NCBI RefSeq assembly: GCF_018977255.1
Contig: NW_024704743.1
Span: 86,616,001-86,680,000 of the forward strand
Source of the DNA: Callorhinchus milii
Taxonomy: Eukaryota
Length of the DNA: 64,000 nt
Reading direction: 5' to 3'
Program-made: the position numbers and the translations under genes
Notes under the pieces: model-generated
The model's database searches: none
Seen by the model: the letters and a program-made list of their open reading frames with translations, nothing else
What the model was told of the DNA's origin: nothing
Shown: positions 1 through 12,629 of the stretch, in pieces
How positions within the stretch are numbered: the first letter of the stretch is position 1
Layout: each line of letters begins with the position of its first letter

Positions 1-247
1 AGGATTAATATTATTCCCAAATGTTATTATTTGGGAATAATAATAATAAGCCTTGATTTCGAATGGAATGGGGGATCAGCATCCAATCAGAGGGTCATTA
101 TGAGATGCATCTGAGATTCTCGATTTATTAATAATGTTGCAGCTCCCACAATTTAGCCCCATTATCACAGTCACTTATCTGCAGGGGAAAAGCCCTCTCA
201 AAATCTTTAACTTCTTCTTGCATATCAGTCATAGGATATTTTTACAC

Positions 248-1193
248 TTATAACAACAATAAAATTACATTTGTATATCGACTTTCACGTCGGGAGGACA
301 TCCCAAGGCGCTGGACAGTCAGAGTTTTGGACCCGAGATGGGGGTCGTGAATGTGGATGGTGGAGGGCAAGGGGGGAAGCAGGGTGATCGGAAGCAGAGT
401 CAAAGAGGAAGGTCTTGAGTTGGGTCTTGAAGGAGGCAAGGGAGGGGGCGAGGCGGAGGGACTGTGGAATGAAGTTCTAGAGGGTGGGAGCAGAGTGGCA
501 GAAGGCCCGCCTGTCAATAGTGGGGTGAGCAAGGTGGGGGACTTGAAGCAGGCCGGAACCCACTGAGCGGAGGGAGCGAGCAGGATGGTAGGGGGTCAGG
601 AGGTCGCAGAGGTAGGGGGAGCAATACCATGGAAGGCTTTGAAGGTGAGGACCATGATCTTGAACTGTATCCTCTGCGTGATGGGAAGCCAGTGGAGTTG
701 GGCAAGGATGGGGTTGATAGGGTCACGGTGCGGGAGAGGACACGGGCTGTAGAGTTCTGGATGATCTGCAGCCTATGGAGGGAGGAGTTGGGGAGGCCGT
801 CAAGCAAGGAGTTTGCACAATCAAGCCTCAATGTAAAGAAATTGTGTATGAGGGTTTCGGCAGCCTATGGTGTGAAACAATGTCGGAGCCAGGCGATGTT
901 GCTAAGGTGGGGGAAGGCAGAACGGGTCATGTCACAGATTTGGGGTAGAAAGGATAGTTGAGGATCAAACAAGACCACAGGAAGGTGGGGTGTGCAACCA
1001 TGGACGGTGATGCTGTCAGCGCCTGCCGTGTGGAGGCGCTGACAGGAGCCAATCAGGAGAGCCTCGGTCTTGTTGATGTTCAACTGAAGAAAATTAGCTC
1101 TCATCCAGGACTTGATATCTGACAGACATTCTGTCAGAGCAGCAGTGGTTCTGGAGTCAAGGGTGGAGGCAGAGAGGTACAGTTTGGTGTCAA
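248..1193 (-). mobile_element. L2-clade LINE, 5'-truncated 3' fragment (RT C-terminal part, 3' UTR, tail), decayed
   Basis: Minus-strand ORF pieces MRANFLQLNINKTEALLIGS and RLDCANSLLDGLPNSSLHRLQIIQNSTAR are typical of L2 ORF2. Ends in CAGCGCCTTGGGATGTCCTCCCGACGTGAAAG...ACAAATGTAATTTTATTGTTG. Confidence 0.9.
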
Positions 1194-2659
1194 TGTTATA
1201 ATAATTTTTGCACTAGAAAGAGGTGCAAGGTATTTGAAGCGTTTATGTTAAAATTATTCAAAACAGTTATTAACCAGAACATTTTGGTTTGATAAGAGCT
1301 TTCAGCAGATAGAAGTTGCAGAAAGCATGGAAGTGTAACCCATAAGATTTCTCTTACCCTCTTTCAGTGTTGTTTTGTCTGTTGTGTCTCACAAGGAAGG
1401 ATAGCTCGGACAGTTCTATGAAAATGACAGCTTGATCCCAAGGCCATTATTGCTTGAAAATATATTTTGTTGTTTGGTTATACAGGAAAAATACGTGGAC
1501 AATTATTGTTCTCCTGTACACAGTTACCGTTTTTAAAAAAAGAGTAGTCATGGTCCAAAAAATAATCCTACCTCAAAGTATGTTCAGCAATTAAAAAAGC
1601 TCATAAGTGCTGATGAGAGGCCCAAAATTCTGGGAGACAACCATTGAAAGAATTAATGTCAGTTTACAAATCTTGTTCCCTAAAATGTTCCAACAAGCGG
1701 GAAGCGGTATGCTCAATCATAGCCTGGCATTATTCCATTGTGTTCTAAACTAATTGCTCCTCAAACCTTTAACTGGTCTGAATATGCAGAATTCAAACAG
1801 GATTAATACACATGAATTTCTGGCAGTAACCAGATGTTCATTATGCCGGTCACTGGGAACATATGTTGAAGTGATTTCCTCTGGGTGGATCTCACAAAGA
1901 CACCCATCCAGTTACCAGCAACAAGAACTACTAATCTAATGGCCAGTGAAGCTGGGCGAGGCTGGAGTTGATAGGCTTACAGAGCACACAAGTTGCAGAG
2001 TTCTGTTTAGTCTGCATCTTAAAAAGGTAGAAAGTCTGGTGGGCAGAGTTGTCATTATGACAATTCAATTCATAAGATGAATAAATGGATTAGAGTCTCA
2101 GCGGCCTGAGGGTAGTGGGAGTAGCAGAGGTAGGCAATGTTACAAAGGTGAAGTTTATGAGCTCCAAGTTCAGACTTGGGACTTGAAACCCACAATCTTC
2201 TAACTCTGAGGCAAGAGTCCTTCTAACTGAGCCAACCTGATACATTCAGACCACATTACTATGATTGTTAATTGGCAATTACAAAGAAATTGTTGCCAAC
2301 AATGATTATTTGTAAAGCCATAAGGACACTTTTGGTTGTGGGCCGCAGTCCCAGCTAATACCTTGCCTGAGGGTAGAAATTCTGAACTTGATACAAATTT
2401 AGTAAAATACTGTTAACATCCACCATCGTGCACTAGGCAGCCTATGGCTTTCTAAGATTTGATGATTCCATTGTTTATGGTTAATCACATTCAAGGAATA
2501 AATGGAAGTACATCAAATTGAATCATTTTGCAATCTGGTCCTACCTACCTTGAAATGAGGTTTGGTTGAACTGCCCATAATTCCATTATTCTAGCAACCG
2601 ATGGCAATGAAAGTGGTTTCATGAAATTCCACCTGCGTCTAGAAATACATAGAATGTTA

Positions 2660-3000
2660 CCTTTCCTGGCAACCTATTCCAGTCGTTAATTACTCTCTGG
2701 GTAAAAAAACTTTCCTGGTACCTGTGCCAAAATTGCTATTTGCAACTCTAAACCTATGTCCTCTTGTTCTATTGTCTTGGTATGTTTAAAATATTTTTTT
2801 GCGTTTACATTTTTAATCCTATTTGAAATTTTATACACCTCTATAAGGTTCTCTATAATTCCCTCTAAGTGGTTTTCTATGAAGATTGAAGAGCCCTAAC
2901 TTGTCCAATTGTTGCTCATAGCTCATTCCTTTAACACTGGAGATCCTCTCATTTCCTCTAGGACCTGGGCAGCCTCCTAATATCACGGTGATCAAGGAAT
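2660..3000 (-). mobile_element. CR1-clade LINE 3' fragment, highly decayed
   Basis: Resembles the 42720-43450 and 54400-54830 fragments (ggcaacctattccagtcgttaattactctctgggtaaaaaaac...ttgtccaattgttgctcatagctc). Confidence 0.65.
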
Positions 3001-3419
3001 AGGTTAAGGACTCCTATAAATTGTGCCTCTACATTCTTTGATTAAGATTCCAGATTTATTCTGCTATAAAGACCTAGCTTGTTGACCTTAAGGATTGTTG
3101 TTCTGAAGCTTTTATTAAGATAAGAATCAACCTTATTTTTCAAGGTTCTTTGGGACTTTTTGCTACAAAATTCCCCATTGCTACTCTAATGTCTTATGAT
3201 TCTCAGATGTACTCCATCCAATTTTGTTGCTCTACAAGTTCTCCGATTTCTCAGTGACCCATGTCATTGTTGGCCTCTCTATTTGCTATGATTTCATTGC
3301 ACTGCCTGCCAACTTGGACAATGGATGAAAAAAAATTCTATTAGAGTGTCCTTTTATAAAAACTGCTGAAAACAATATAAAGAAAAAGGCGAGATGATGG
3401 AAATAAAAGCATAAATACA

Positions 3420-3560
3420 AATCGATCAGCATCTGAAAGATAAAAAAAAACTAGGTTAACATTTCATCAGAACTGAAAGAGATATTCAATACATTAACCT
3501 AAAGTTTCTTTCAGAGGTGGATGAACCAGTTAAGCATTTTCAGCATTTTGTTTTTTGGTT
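3420..3560. repeat. Degenerate copy of the palindromic Penelope/hammerhead-derived repeat
   Basis: cagcatctgaaaga...ggttaacatttcatcagaac...ttaacct...ctttcaga...cagcattttgttttt matches the arms of the 46813-46955 palindrome. Confidence 0.5.
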
Positions 3561-5940
3561 TAGCATATCATTCATCTCTCATATTATTTCAACTCACTTA
3601 TCCAGACTCAAAATAGTTCTTAATATCTCAGTAAAGTGTACTACAAATGTTCCTTAAAAGTGATGAATTATTCCAGTTGGCTTTTTTGCTACTTTTTTCC
3701 TCTTTGCTTCCAAATGATTTTTTTTTAAACATTTTATTTTACAGATATATATTTCCATCTCAAGCCAGTTTAATTTTTAATGACAATATGAATCGCTCCA
3801 ACTGTCCATTTAGGGGTCTGGTTTTGATACTATCCTCCAATTTCTGAGAGGTTTTATGTTTAATTGGAGCCTCTACATATTATCCTTGACAGGATTCAAT
3901 TTGCTAATGTACTCAATACATCTTCTACAGTTACTCTCTTGTGGTTTCAAAATCAACTCCTTGGGAATCTGCCTTTTTAGTTTTTATTATCAATCATTCT
4001 GGCCCATGCTGGAAGGGTAAATTTCATTATATGATCAAGGACATCTGAGTGTTTCTTCAGCTCCCAAGTTACTTATCATAGATTCACCGCTGACACTGCT
4101 GCTAGCAGGGCATATCAACCATTTCTTACAAAATGGGGCCCATGAAAACTGATGGTTCAGATAGGACAATAGGAATCTCGCCCCACTCCCCATAATTCTC
4201 AGGGCTTGTCACAAACTTGGTCTGACACTCTCATCAAGTTGCACCTGATTCAAATTCTGAGCCAAGACTATGTACAGACACATCAATCACACAGGATTGA
4301 GTGATATTTCTGTAAACTATTTTATTCACTCTCTTCAATTTTTTTCTTTATCCAGAGGGTAATTAATTACTCCAAATTGGTGCCAGGAAGGATAGTTGAG
4401 GCCATGATACTGGATTCATTTAAAATCCAGCTTTGTGCTGTGATGGAAGGAAAGTAAGGAGAGTATTCTTGAGGGGTGAAATCAGATGGCTCGAAGGGAT
4501 TTCGTGAAAGTGGAATGGTTTACTGATACCTAGAGATTGCCCAGGTTGACTAGCAACAAGAATATCTAAGAAAGTGTGATTCAATGTTTATCCTGGTAGA
4601 AAAATCAATCGTGTTCTTGATTTGGTTGGTAATTTACAAAGTTACAAAGCTAACCGGCTTGTTTTGTTCTTCTGCCTTGCAAACTCTTTGTTGCTTTCCC
4701 CTAGAGGTGCCTTATCAACCTTTGATTCAGACTTGTGAATCTACACAACCCAGTCGCACTTATCATATGCCCTAAAACCATTAGTGCTAATGTGATTAAT
4801 TTCAACTCAGGTAAACACCCATTTTTCTGAACAATTAGCAACCTGCATCGATGTTTTTTTAAATTATAATATAATTCCAAAGTTATTTTCCACTCTTTTT
4901 TTTAGGCCAGCCCATGAGAATGTTTCCTGCACAAAAAAAAATCTAAATGCTGATGATGGAACATGTGCACTTATTTCTGACTATCTAAATACTGTCGGAC
5001 AGCAATACATGATGGAACCCACTTTTCCACTGTGGTTTCCCAGCATTAGCATGAGGCATTTTGGTATAGCAAAGGTAGATACAGGTTAACAGTAAAGCTC
5101 CACTATTACATGCTTCAACCTAATCCCAATGCATACAATCATACAGTCCTCATTACAGCTCCTGAATAATATTAGGAATATGCTGTGGAATTGTAGATCG
5201 GCTTGCGAAACTAGATTGTGCTCAGAATAAATTGTAGTAGGAACTTCATCGCCAGAAAACAGGAGACAGATTTCCATCCCATCAGTCAAATGTTGAATGA
5301 GCCCAAACCAATGCCAGAGAGGTGAAACAACATACTGATACGCAAACGTTTCCATGTGCTTTTGTGATTTATCAAAAGGGTTAGCCTAAGTGCAATGCTT
5401 CTAAATAGATATATTTTTAAGAGCACATAGTTTTGGAGCAGCGGAAATGGCACAGTGATAGAGTGTAATATCAAACTAGACAAATAGATAGATAAGTAGC
5501 TAAAGAATTATTAAAACAATATGTTAGATGACAGAAACTCTGTTGTCACATTTTACAGTTTTAGAAACTTCTAAGTAAAATACTTAATTAAAAGTAAAAT
5601 CACAAATTGAATTCTGCTGTTGCATTGTGTGGCCTCTTTTTCCCTTCTCAATATGCAGCATGAAGTTAATTTATAAAACATTGATTTAATATTCTTGAAT
5701 GCTTTAAAATTTAAAATCCGATGTCATGAATTAAACAAGTGAGTAACACAAGCATTGGCCTCTGGACTGACTTTTTGTAGCATGCCCGTGAATCCTTTTA
5801 GTGTAGTGAGTCAACCAGTTTCAGTTTTTGCCTATAAAATACACAGTCACTACACTTTTCAGTAACTGCTGTGAAGCACTCAAATGCAACAATTATTATT
5901 ATTATCATCATTATAGCTTAGATGTTTAAGGGATCCAAGT

Positions 5941-6270
5941 TAATAATAATAATCCTAATAATAATCCTTGCATTTGATATAGCGCTTTTCACGTCGGGAG
6001 GACGTCCCAAAGCGCTTCACAGAACACACTGTAAAGTGAATTGACTGTATATTTGTGGGCGAACGCGGCAGCCAATTGCGCACAGCAACGTCCCACAAAC
6101 AGTCGTAGATTGAAAATGACCAATTTATTATTGTTTTGTTTTTTTGGAGGGATTATTATTGGGCGTGTGGAGTAAGGAAACTTGCCCAAGGTTTCGCCCT
6201 CTGCCTGGAATTGAACTCAGGTCTCTCACTTGCAAAGCGAGTGCTCTAACCACTGAGCTACAGGACTCCA
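5941..6270 (-). mobile_element. tRNA-derived SINE (young family, short variant)
   Basis: Head GGAGTCCTGTAGCTCAGTGGTTAGAGCAC...GAGTTCAATTCC (A/B boxes), Deu-like GCTGTGCGCAATTGGCTGCCGCG, L2-type tail and (ATT)n. Confidence 0.92.
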
Positions 6271-6379
6271 CCTGAAGCTGAGATGGTGGGAGTGAGTTCA
6301 TATAGATTCCTGCGAAAACTATGATTGTTGTAAAATTGGGGCTACTGGGGCACTAGAAGCAAGGCAGATGACAGCAACA

Positions 6380-6800
6380 AGGTTGATCCCCAGGGTTAGA
6401 GGTGTTACAGTAAAATTGTGAAACCAGGGATTTCAACAGAGGATGAGAGCTTGATAAACTGGGGCTCTTCAGCCTCAAAAAGAGATGCCTCAGAGAAACC
6501 TTATAGAGAAATGTAAAATGCTAAATTGAATAGAGATGATAAACTCAGATCAACACATTTAGTTACCTAAAGACAGCAGAAAAAGAGGGCTGAGGTTTGG
6601 AGTTGGGAACAACAATTTGGGGATCTCAAAATATTACATACAATATTAAAGCTGGAATGGCTCATTGGGAAGAGTGGTGGAGCCCACGCCATTGAATTCA
6701 TTTAAGAAAAAACTTGATATTGCATTGGGAAGAGGGTGGGTGGATAGTCTGGAAGGATGAATTTGAAAAACCTCTCTTGTGATCTTGCATGATCATTGTG
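6380..6800 (+). mobile_element. CR1-clade LINE 3' fragment, decayed
   Basis: Decayed translation KLGLFSLKKRCLRENL... followed by ...WNGSLGRVVEP...FKKKLD, typical of the CR1 ORF2 C-terminus. Confidence 0.7.
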
Positions 6801-7829
6801 AACTATAACATTTAGGATCTTTGTGGTTACAACTCCCAACTGAATCAAGTCACTTAGAATTTAACTTGACTTACTTTAGGAGATAACATAGGATCCTGCA
6901 CTACACAATAGCTGACCCTTTGGGATTCTCATTGAAAATGCTGAATAAGAATTCCCCCAAGTCGGGCATAATATACTGCTAGGTATTGTCTGGAGTCCCT
7001 CTCGGTGATAAAAGTCGCTTTTAATAATGAATAATAATAAATAATCTTTGTTTTTGATATAGTGTCTTTTATGTCATAAGAACATCTCAAAGCACTTCAC
7101 AGGATTTACAGTGAAGCCTATTGACTCTGTATTTGTAGAGGAACACAGTAACCAATCGCAATAATAGGCAGCAATGTTCCACAAACAGGCAAACAGTCAT
7201 TTAACAAGAACAATGATCATTGTAATAAGCAGAATTTAATTTGGTAACAGAATGGTACCATGAGTATGTATGTCTGCAGGGAAACACACACAAGTAAAAC
7301 ATGTTATGTTGTACAAGTATTAAGTCCATAGATGTAGAGGTCAACAATGGTTGGTCATTATATGGTTACATTTGATACTAAAATAAAAGCAAACATACCA
7401 ATAGAGTGGTACTTATTAAATTATTCTAATTTTGTGACAACAAGAGGAGCTTCAGAGGATTATAAGCGCTTAACAGAAATAGAAAATGAAGCAAAATACA
7501 ATATAGATCTAGATTTAAAAAAGACTGCTTTAGAGGATATGAAAAGAAAATAGATCCATTTGAAAAGAATAGGAAAATACAACAAATACCACAATCAAGG
7601 CCAAAAAAGAAATCCAAACTAACTAAAAGGTCACACAGAAATATTTAAAATAAATATTTTTGCAAAATGTATTTGCAGCCATATTCTCTTCCCCACCAGT
7701 TTCTGAACATCCATCACTGCCAATTTTCCATCCTCTGATGGTTCCCAGGATCCCAGCAGATTAAGGTTGATCCAGCTCTTGAAATCCTCTTATGGTCCAA
7801 GATCTCTCTTCTAATGCATCGCCTCTAGG

Positions 7830-8260
7830 TAGGCTAAGTTGGTAGGACTCTCGCCTCTGAGTCAGAAGATTGTGGTTTCAAGCCACATGTCAGGACTTTA
7901 AACTCATATAATCTTACGTGACACTGCAATGCAGTGCAGGGATTGTGTTGCATTGCTGGAAATGCTGTCCTTCGGATGAGATGTTAAACCGAGTCTGCTT
8001 ATTCAAGTGGACGTTACAAATCCTGTGGCACTAATCAAAAAGTGAAGGAAGTTTCTCACAGTGTCCTGGCCAACAATCTGCAAATAAAAGAAAAGTGGTC
8101 ATGACTCCATGGCTGTTTGTGGGGCATTGCTGTGTGCAAAATTGTCTGCCACGTTCACCCACAAAACGCACAGTAACTCCACTTTATAATATATTCTGTG
8201 AAGCATTCGATAGGTCTTCCTGAAGTGAAAGACATCCTAATCCAAGGATGATTATTCATA
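7830..8260 (+). mobile_element. Older DeuSINE-like (SacSINE/AmnSINE-type) SINE
   Basis: ctcgcctctgagtcagaagattgtggtttcaagcc head, then gctgtccttcggatgagatgttaaaccgag, then gctgtttgtggggcattgctgtgtgcaaaattg (Deu domain). Confidence 0.75.
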
Positions 8261-8430
8261 GTATTATTGTGGTTGTGAAAGTCCTGCTTGCTGTGACTTT
8301 ATAAGAAGAAACTTTGCATTTGATTTAGTAACATGTCAAAATGCCTCAAAGTGCTTCACAATTATTTTTCTATATCTGTGGGCATACACAGCAGATAATT
8401 TACACTGAATAACATCGCACAAACAGGCTT

Positions 8431-8807
8431 ATAATAATAATAATAATCTTTGCATTTGCTGGAGCGGCTCATCATGTCTTCGAGACGTCTCAAAGGTCTT
8501 ATAGAGTATAGTGTAAATTGAATTGACGGTACATTTTGTGGGCGAAACGCGGCAGCCATTTGTGAACAGCAGTGTCCCACAAACAGTCATGGATTGAGTG
8601 ACCAAATTATTATTATTAATATTTTGAAGGAATTATTACCCCCAGAAAAGCGATCTGCCAATTGACTAACAGCCATGTTCCTATTTACTTCTTGGTAAAC
8701 AGAGGCATGTGGAGTAAGGAAACTTGCCCAACGTTTTGCCCTGCTGGGAATCGAACCCAGGTCTCTCACTTTCGAGGCACTGCTTTAACCACTAATACAG
8801 GACTCCA
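8431..8807 (-). mobile_element. tRNA-derived SINE (young family, long variant)
   Basis: Same head and tail as the 5941 copy, plus the internal GCCTCTGTTTACC...GTAAATAGGAAC...GATCGCTTTTCTGGGGGTAATAAT segment. Confidence 0.9.
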
Positions 8808-8809
8808 GT

Positions 8810-9065
8810 CTTGATGTGAATGACCATTATCTGAGAATTGATGGCGGGAACATTGGGAGAAACAATTTTCTCTTTCGCATAGTGCCGTGAGATCTTTAAC
8901 GTCCTCCTGAACAGGTAGACACAGTCTTTAACTTCTCCTTTAAGGTCTGCACCTCTGACAAAGCAGTGCTTCCCACAGCTTTGAAACAAAATATCAGTTT
9001 AGACTTTGAGTCCTGATGTGGATCTTAAGCCCACAACCTTCTGACAGAAGCAAGAACGCTATCAG
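8810..9065 (-). mobile_element. Older DeuSINE-like SINE, 5' part
   Basis: Reverse complement of the ...cagaaggttgtgggcttaag...ttaaagatctcacggcact motifs shared with 7830 and 55740. Confidence 0.6.
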
Positions 9066-10139
9066 CCACTAGCACTCCTCTCTCTTCTATTCCTAGCAGC
9101 TTTGTTGATGTCCAGAAATGTGGGTGAAGGTACTTTATCAAGTTTTCTTCAATTTGAAAAGAAAGCCTATTTCACTTGTAGACAAGTTGACGAGAGTTTA
9201 AACTCACCACTCCACGCGATGTACCACTTGCTGCTGGAGACAGCAATAATAATAATATTAATAATAATCGTTGCATTTGATATAAAGCCTAATCATGTCG
9301 TTGAGATATCTCAAAGTACATTACAGAATATATTGTAAAGTGGATTGACTGTGTATTTTGTGGGTGAAAGTATCGTCCCTCAAATGATAAAATGTATGGG
9401 AAGAACAATCGATGAGGAGTAGAGTGAGTTTGATCTGCTGAATGCCTTTTCCGATTCTGTACTTTCTCAAGTTTTTAGATGCTATTAATGGCTAATGAAT
9501 GAATTTGAGTGTAATTGATTCTTAATTTGAAACAGATTTTCAATGGTAATAAAATCCCTTATATGTTTGTCTACTACGAAGTCTATTTATTTATACCATA
9601 CTTGAAAGGGAACATTAAAAAAAAATAAGTTGGACTGTTTGGCATTGAAAAGATGGAAAGTTTCAATATTTTTGAGCAGGTGCCTTTAGCCACTACAGTA
9701 TACGGATTCCCTGAATATAGGCTCATATTTTGGCATCAGAACAGTTGAAAATCAGTTGTTATTCTTTTCCCCCATTGAGTAAATTATACTCTACAGGTTA
9801 TTCCTGCCAATAAATACAATTAGCCCACAGTAAATACTTTAAACTTCTCTATTTTAACTTCACTCTAACCTCAGGAATTATATTCTTGCATAATGATGTG
9901 AAATTAATTGTTCCAAAATATTAAGGAACATGAACAATGAGCAATCTGTCAAAAAAGCCACTTCAACAATGTGATATGCTATGACTTGCCACAGTTTTTA
10001 GGATTATGGGGTCAATAGCTGCTGACTCTGCTCCACGTATCTAATGTCAGGCTCCATGGAGAAGCCTAGCAGAACTAGGCGAGTGGGGGACAAATGAGGA
10101 AATAATGTGAAGAAAAAACAAATTTGAAAAGGGAAGCTC

Positions 10140-10496
10140 AGGGATGGCGCTTGTCAAGATCACAAATGACATCCTGTGACCAGGCCTTCCTCTGCCTCCT
10201 CATCCTTCTGGACCTCCTAACTAACCACCTTCACTTTGTCTCTTCAAACGGTTTCTCCTGCCCCGCCCGGTTACTTGTGGTGTACCCCAGGCTCCATCCT
10301 TGGCCCTCTCCTCTTCATCATCTATATGCGCCCTCAAGGTGATGTCATCCGCAGACACGGAATAAACTTCCACACATGTATGGATGCCCCACAATTCTAC
10401 TTTTCGTCCAGCTGCTACTCCAGGTCTGTCGATATGCTGTCAGCTTGTCTTCTAGACATCAGGGCCAGGATTAGAGCAAGCTTCTTGCAACTAAAT
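10140..10496 (+). mobile_element. L2 RT fragment (5' part of an older copy interrupted by a nested L2)
   Basis: ORF contains GSILGPLLFIIYM...IRRHGINFHTCMDAPQFY...SFLQLN, a decayed YADD region. Confidence 0.85.
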
Positions 10497-10752
10497 CAAC
10501 AACAACAAAATTACATTTGTAGAGCGGCTTTCATTTCGGGAGGAAGTCCCAAAGCGCTGAACAGTCAGGTGTCTTCTACTTTTCGTCCAGCTTCTACTCC
10601 AGGTCTGTCGATATGCTGTCAGCTTGTCTTCTAGACATCAGGGCCAGGATTAGAGCAAGCTTCTTGCAACTAAATCAACAACAACAAAATTACATTTGTA
10701 GAGCGGCTTTCATTTCGGGAGGAAGTCCCAAAGCGCTGAACAGTCAGGTGTC
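10395..10752. repeat. Near-perfect direct tandem duplication, 2 x 179 bp
   Basis: 10395-10573 and 10574-10752 are identical apart from cagctgctac vs cagcttctac. Confidence 0.95.
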
Positions 10753-11429
10753 GGGGTCCGAGCATGTGGGAGGGGTGGTGTTGGGGTGAGGGAAGTGGGA
10801 AGGAGACCAAAGGCAAAGTCTAAGAGAATGGTCTTGAGACCGGCCTTGAAGGAGGCAAGGGAGGAAGCGAAGCAAAGGGACCATGGGATGGAGTTCCAGA
10901 GTGTGGGGGCAGAGAGGCTGAAAGTCCGGCCACCGATGGTAGGGCAGGTCGAGCGGGAGACATGAAGCAGGCCGGAGCCCGCTGAAGGGAGGGAGCGGGC
11001 AGGTTGGTAGGGAGTCAGCAGGTCAGAGAGGTTGGAGGGGGCAAGGCCATGGATGGCCTTAAAGGTGAGGATGAGGATCTTGAACTCGAATCTCTTGGGG
11101 ATGGGGAGCCAGTGGAGTTGGGCGAGGGTGGGAGTGATGGGGTCACGGAGCCTGGTGGTGAGAGTACACGAGCTGCAGAGTTTTGGATGATTTGCAGCTT
11201 GTGAAGGGAAGAGTTGGGAAGGCCGATGAGAAGGGAGTTCCTGAAGTCAAGCCTTGATGTGATGAATGCGTGGATGAGGATATCGGCAGCCTGAGGGGTG
11301 AGGCAGTGGCGGAATCTGGCGATGTTGCAGAGGTGGTGGTAGGCAGTGCCAGTCATAGCACGGATGTGGGCGAGAAAGGACAGTTCAGGGTCAAACAAGA
11401 TACCCAGGTTCCTGACTGGCTTAGTGAGG
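10676..11429 (-). mobile_element. Younger L2 3' fragment nested inside an older L2
   Basis: ORF FDPELSFLAHIR...HAFITSRLDFRNSLLIGLPNSSLHKLQIIQNSAAR; (TTG)n tail at the left end. Confidence 0.9.
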
Positions 11430-12215
11430 TTGGCGACAAGATGGAAGCTCCCGTCAACGTCTTCTGTTCTGCAGTTCTAACCTCCTTGACTTCCCTGGCT
11501 TATCCCTTACTCCCTTACTCACCGAACCAGTGCACAACCTATGTGTCAGGTTCGAACCACAGCTGTCCTTCCTTCCCCACATCTGTTCCCTGAACAGGAC
11601 TGCCTTCCTCCACCTCCACCACATTGCCTGACTCCAAGCGAACCTTACCCCAGACGCAGCCGATACACTCATCCATGCATTCATTACCTCCCGACTCAAC
11701 TTCAGATGCCCTCTTCACCATGCATAAGATCCAGCTGATCAAAAACTCCGCTGCTCACATACGCACCCAGATTAAATTCCGTACCCCCATCACACTACTT
11801 CTAGCCAGGCTCCACTGGCTCTCTTTCACCGAAACGGATTGATTTCAAGATCCTCACACTCGTTTTCAAGTCCATTCAGCCCCTGGCACCTCCCTACCTC
11901 TCTGACCTGCTTACTTCCCAACTCACAACCCACTGATTACACTCAATTGGCTCCCTTCGCTCAGCGGATGTGGTCTCTCTCTACCCACCCCACCATTGGT
12001 GTTCAAGGTTTCAGCCTATCTAATCCCACTCTCTGGAACTCCATCCTGGAGTGCCTCTGATTCATCCCCTCCCTCAATTGTTCAAAACTCTGTCTCAAGA
12101 CATTCGTCTTCAACCATGCCTTCTGTCATCTTGCCTCTCCCACCCTCAGCTCGAGTGCCATGCCAGGAGTGTCAAGCCCTTGGGCATTCTCTCGACATGA
12201 AAGTTTCCCAGTAAT
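11430..12215 (+). mobile_element. L2 3' part (continuation of the 10140 copy)
   Basis: Resumes at ...GDKMEA (continuing QLN-V-DKTEA), then HKIQLIKNSAAHI...LARLHWL; ends with a degenerate L2 3' stem. Confidence 0.8.
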
Positions 12216-12293
12216 CTGAATGGGCATTGCACAAGACGATAAGGAATTAAATATAACAGTCAAGTGTTGAATCATATTGAGAGAAAAATTCAA

Positions 12294-12629
12294 GGAGTCC
12301 TGTAGCTCAATCGTTAGAGCACTTGCTTCGCAAGCGAGAGACTTGGGTTCGATTCCCGGCAGGACAATACCTTGGGCAAGTTTCCTTACTCCACAAGCCT
12401 GATAAGGAGCCCTCAAGAAAAACAATAATAATAATAATTTGGTCACTCAATCCGCGACTGTTTGTGGGACACTGCTGTGCGCAATTGGCTGCCGTGTTTC
12501 GCCCACAAATATACAGTCAATTCACTTTACAGTATATTCTGTGAAGCACTTTGAGACATCTAGAAGACATGATAAGGCTATATCAAATGCAAGGATTATC
12601 ATCATTATTATTATTATATTGTTATTATA
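12294..12629 (+). mobile_element. tRNA-derived SINE (young family, short variant)
   Basis: ggagtcctgtagctcaatcgttagagcac...ggttcgattccc...atcaaatgcaaggattat(att)n. Confidence 0.92.

Noticed and set aside
5086..5400. Minus-strand ORF METFAYQYVVSPLWHWFG... as a coding exon
   Set aside because: No recognisable protein, weak acceptor and no clear donor; unique sequence but unsupported.
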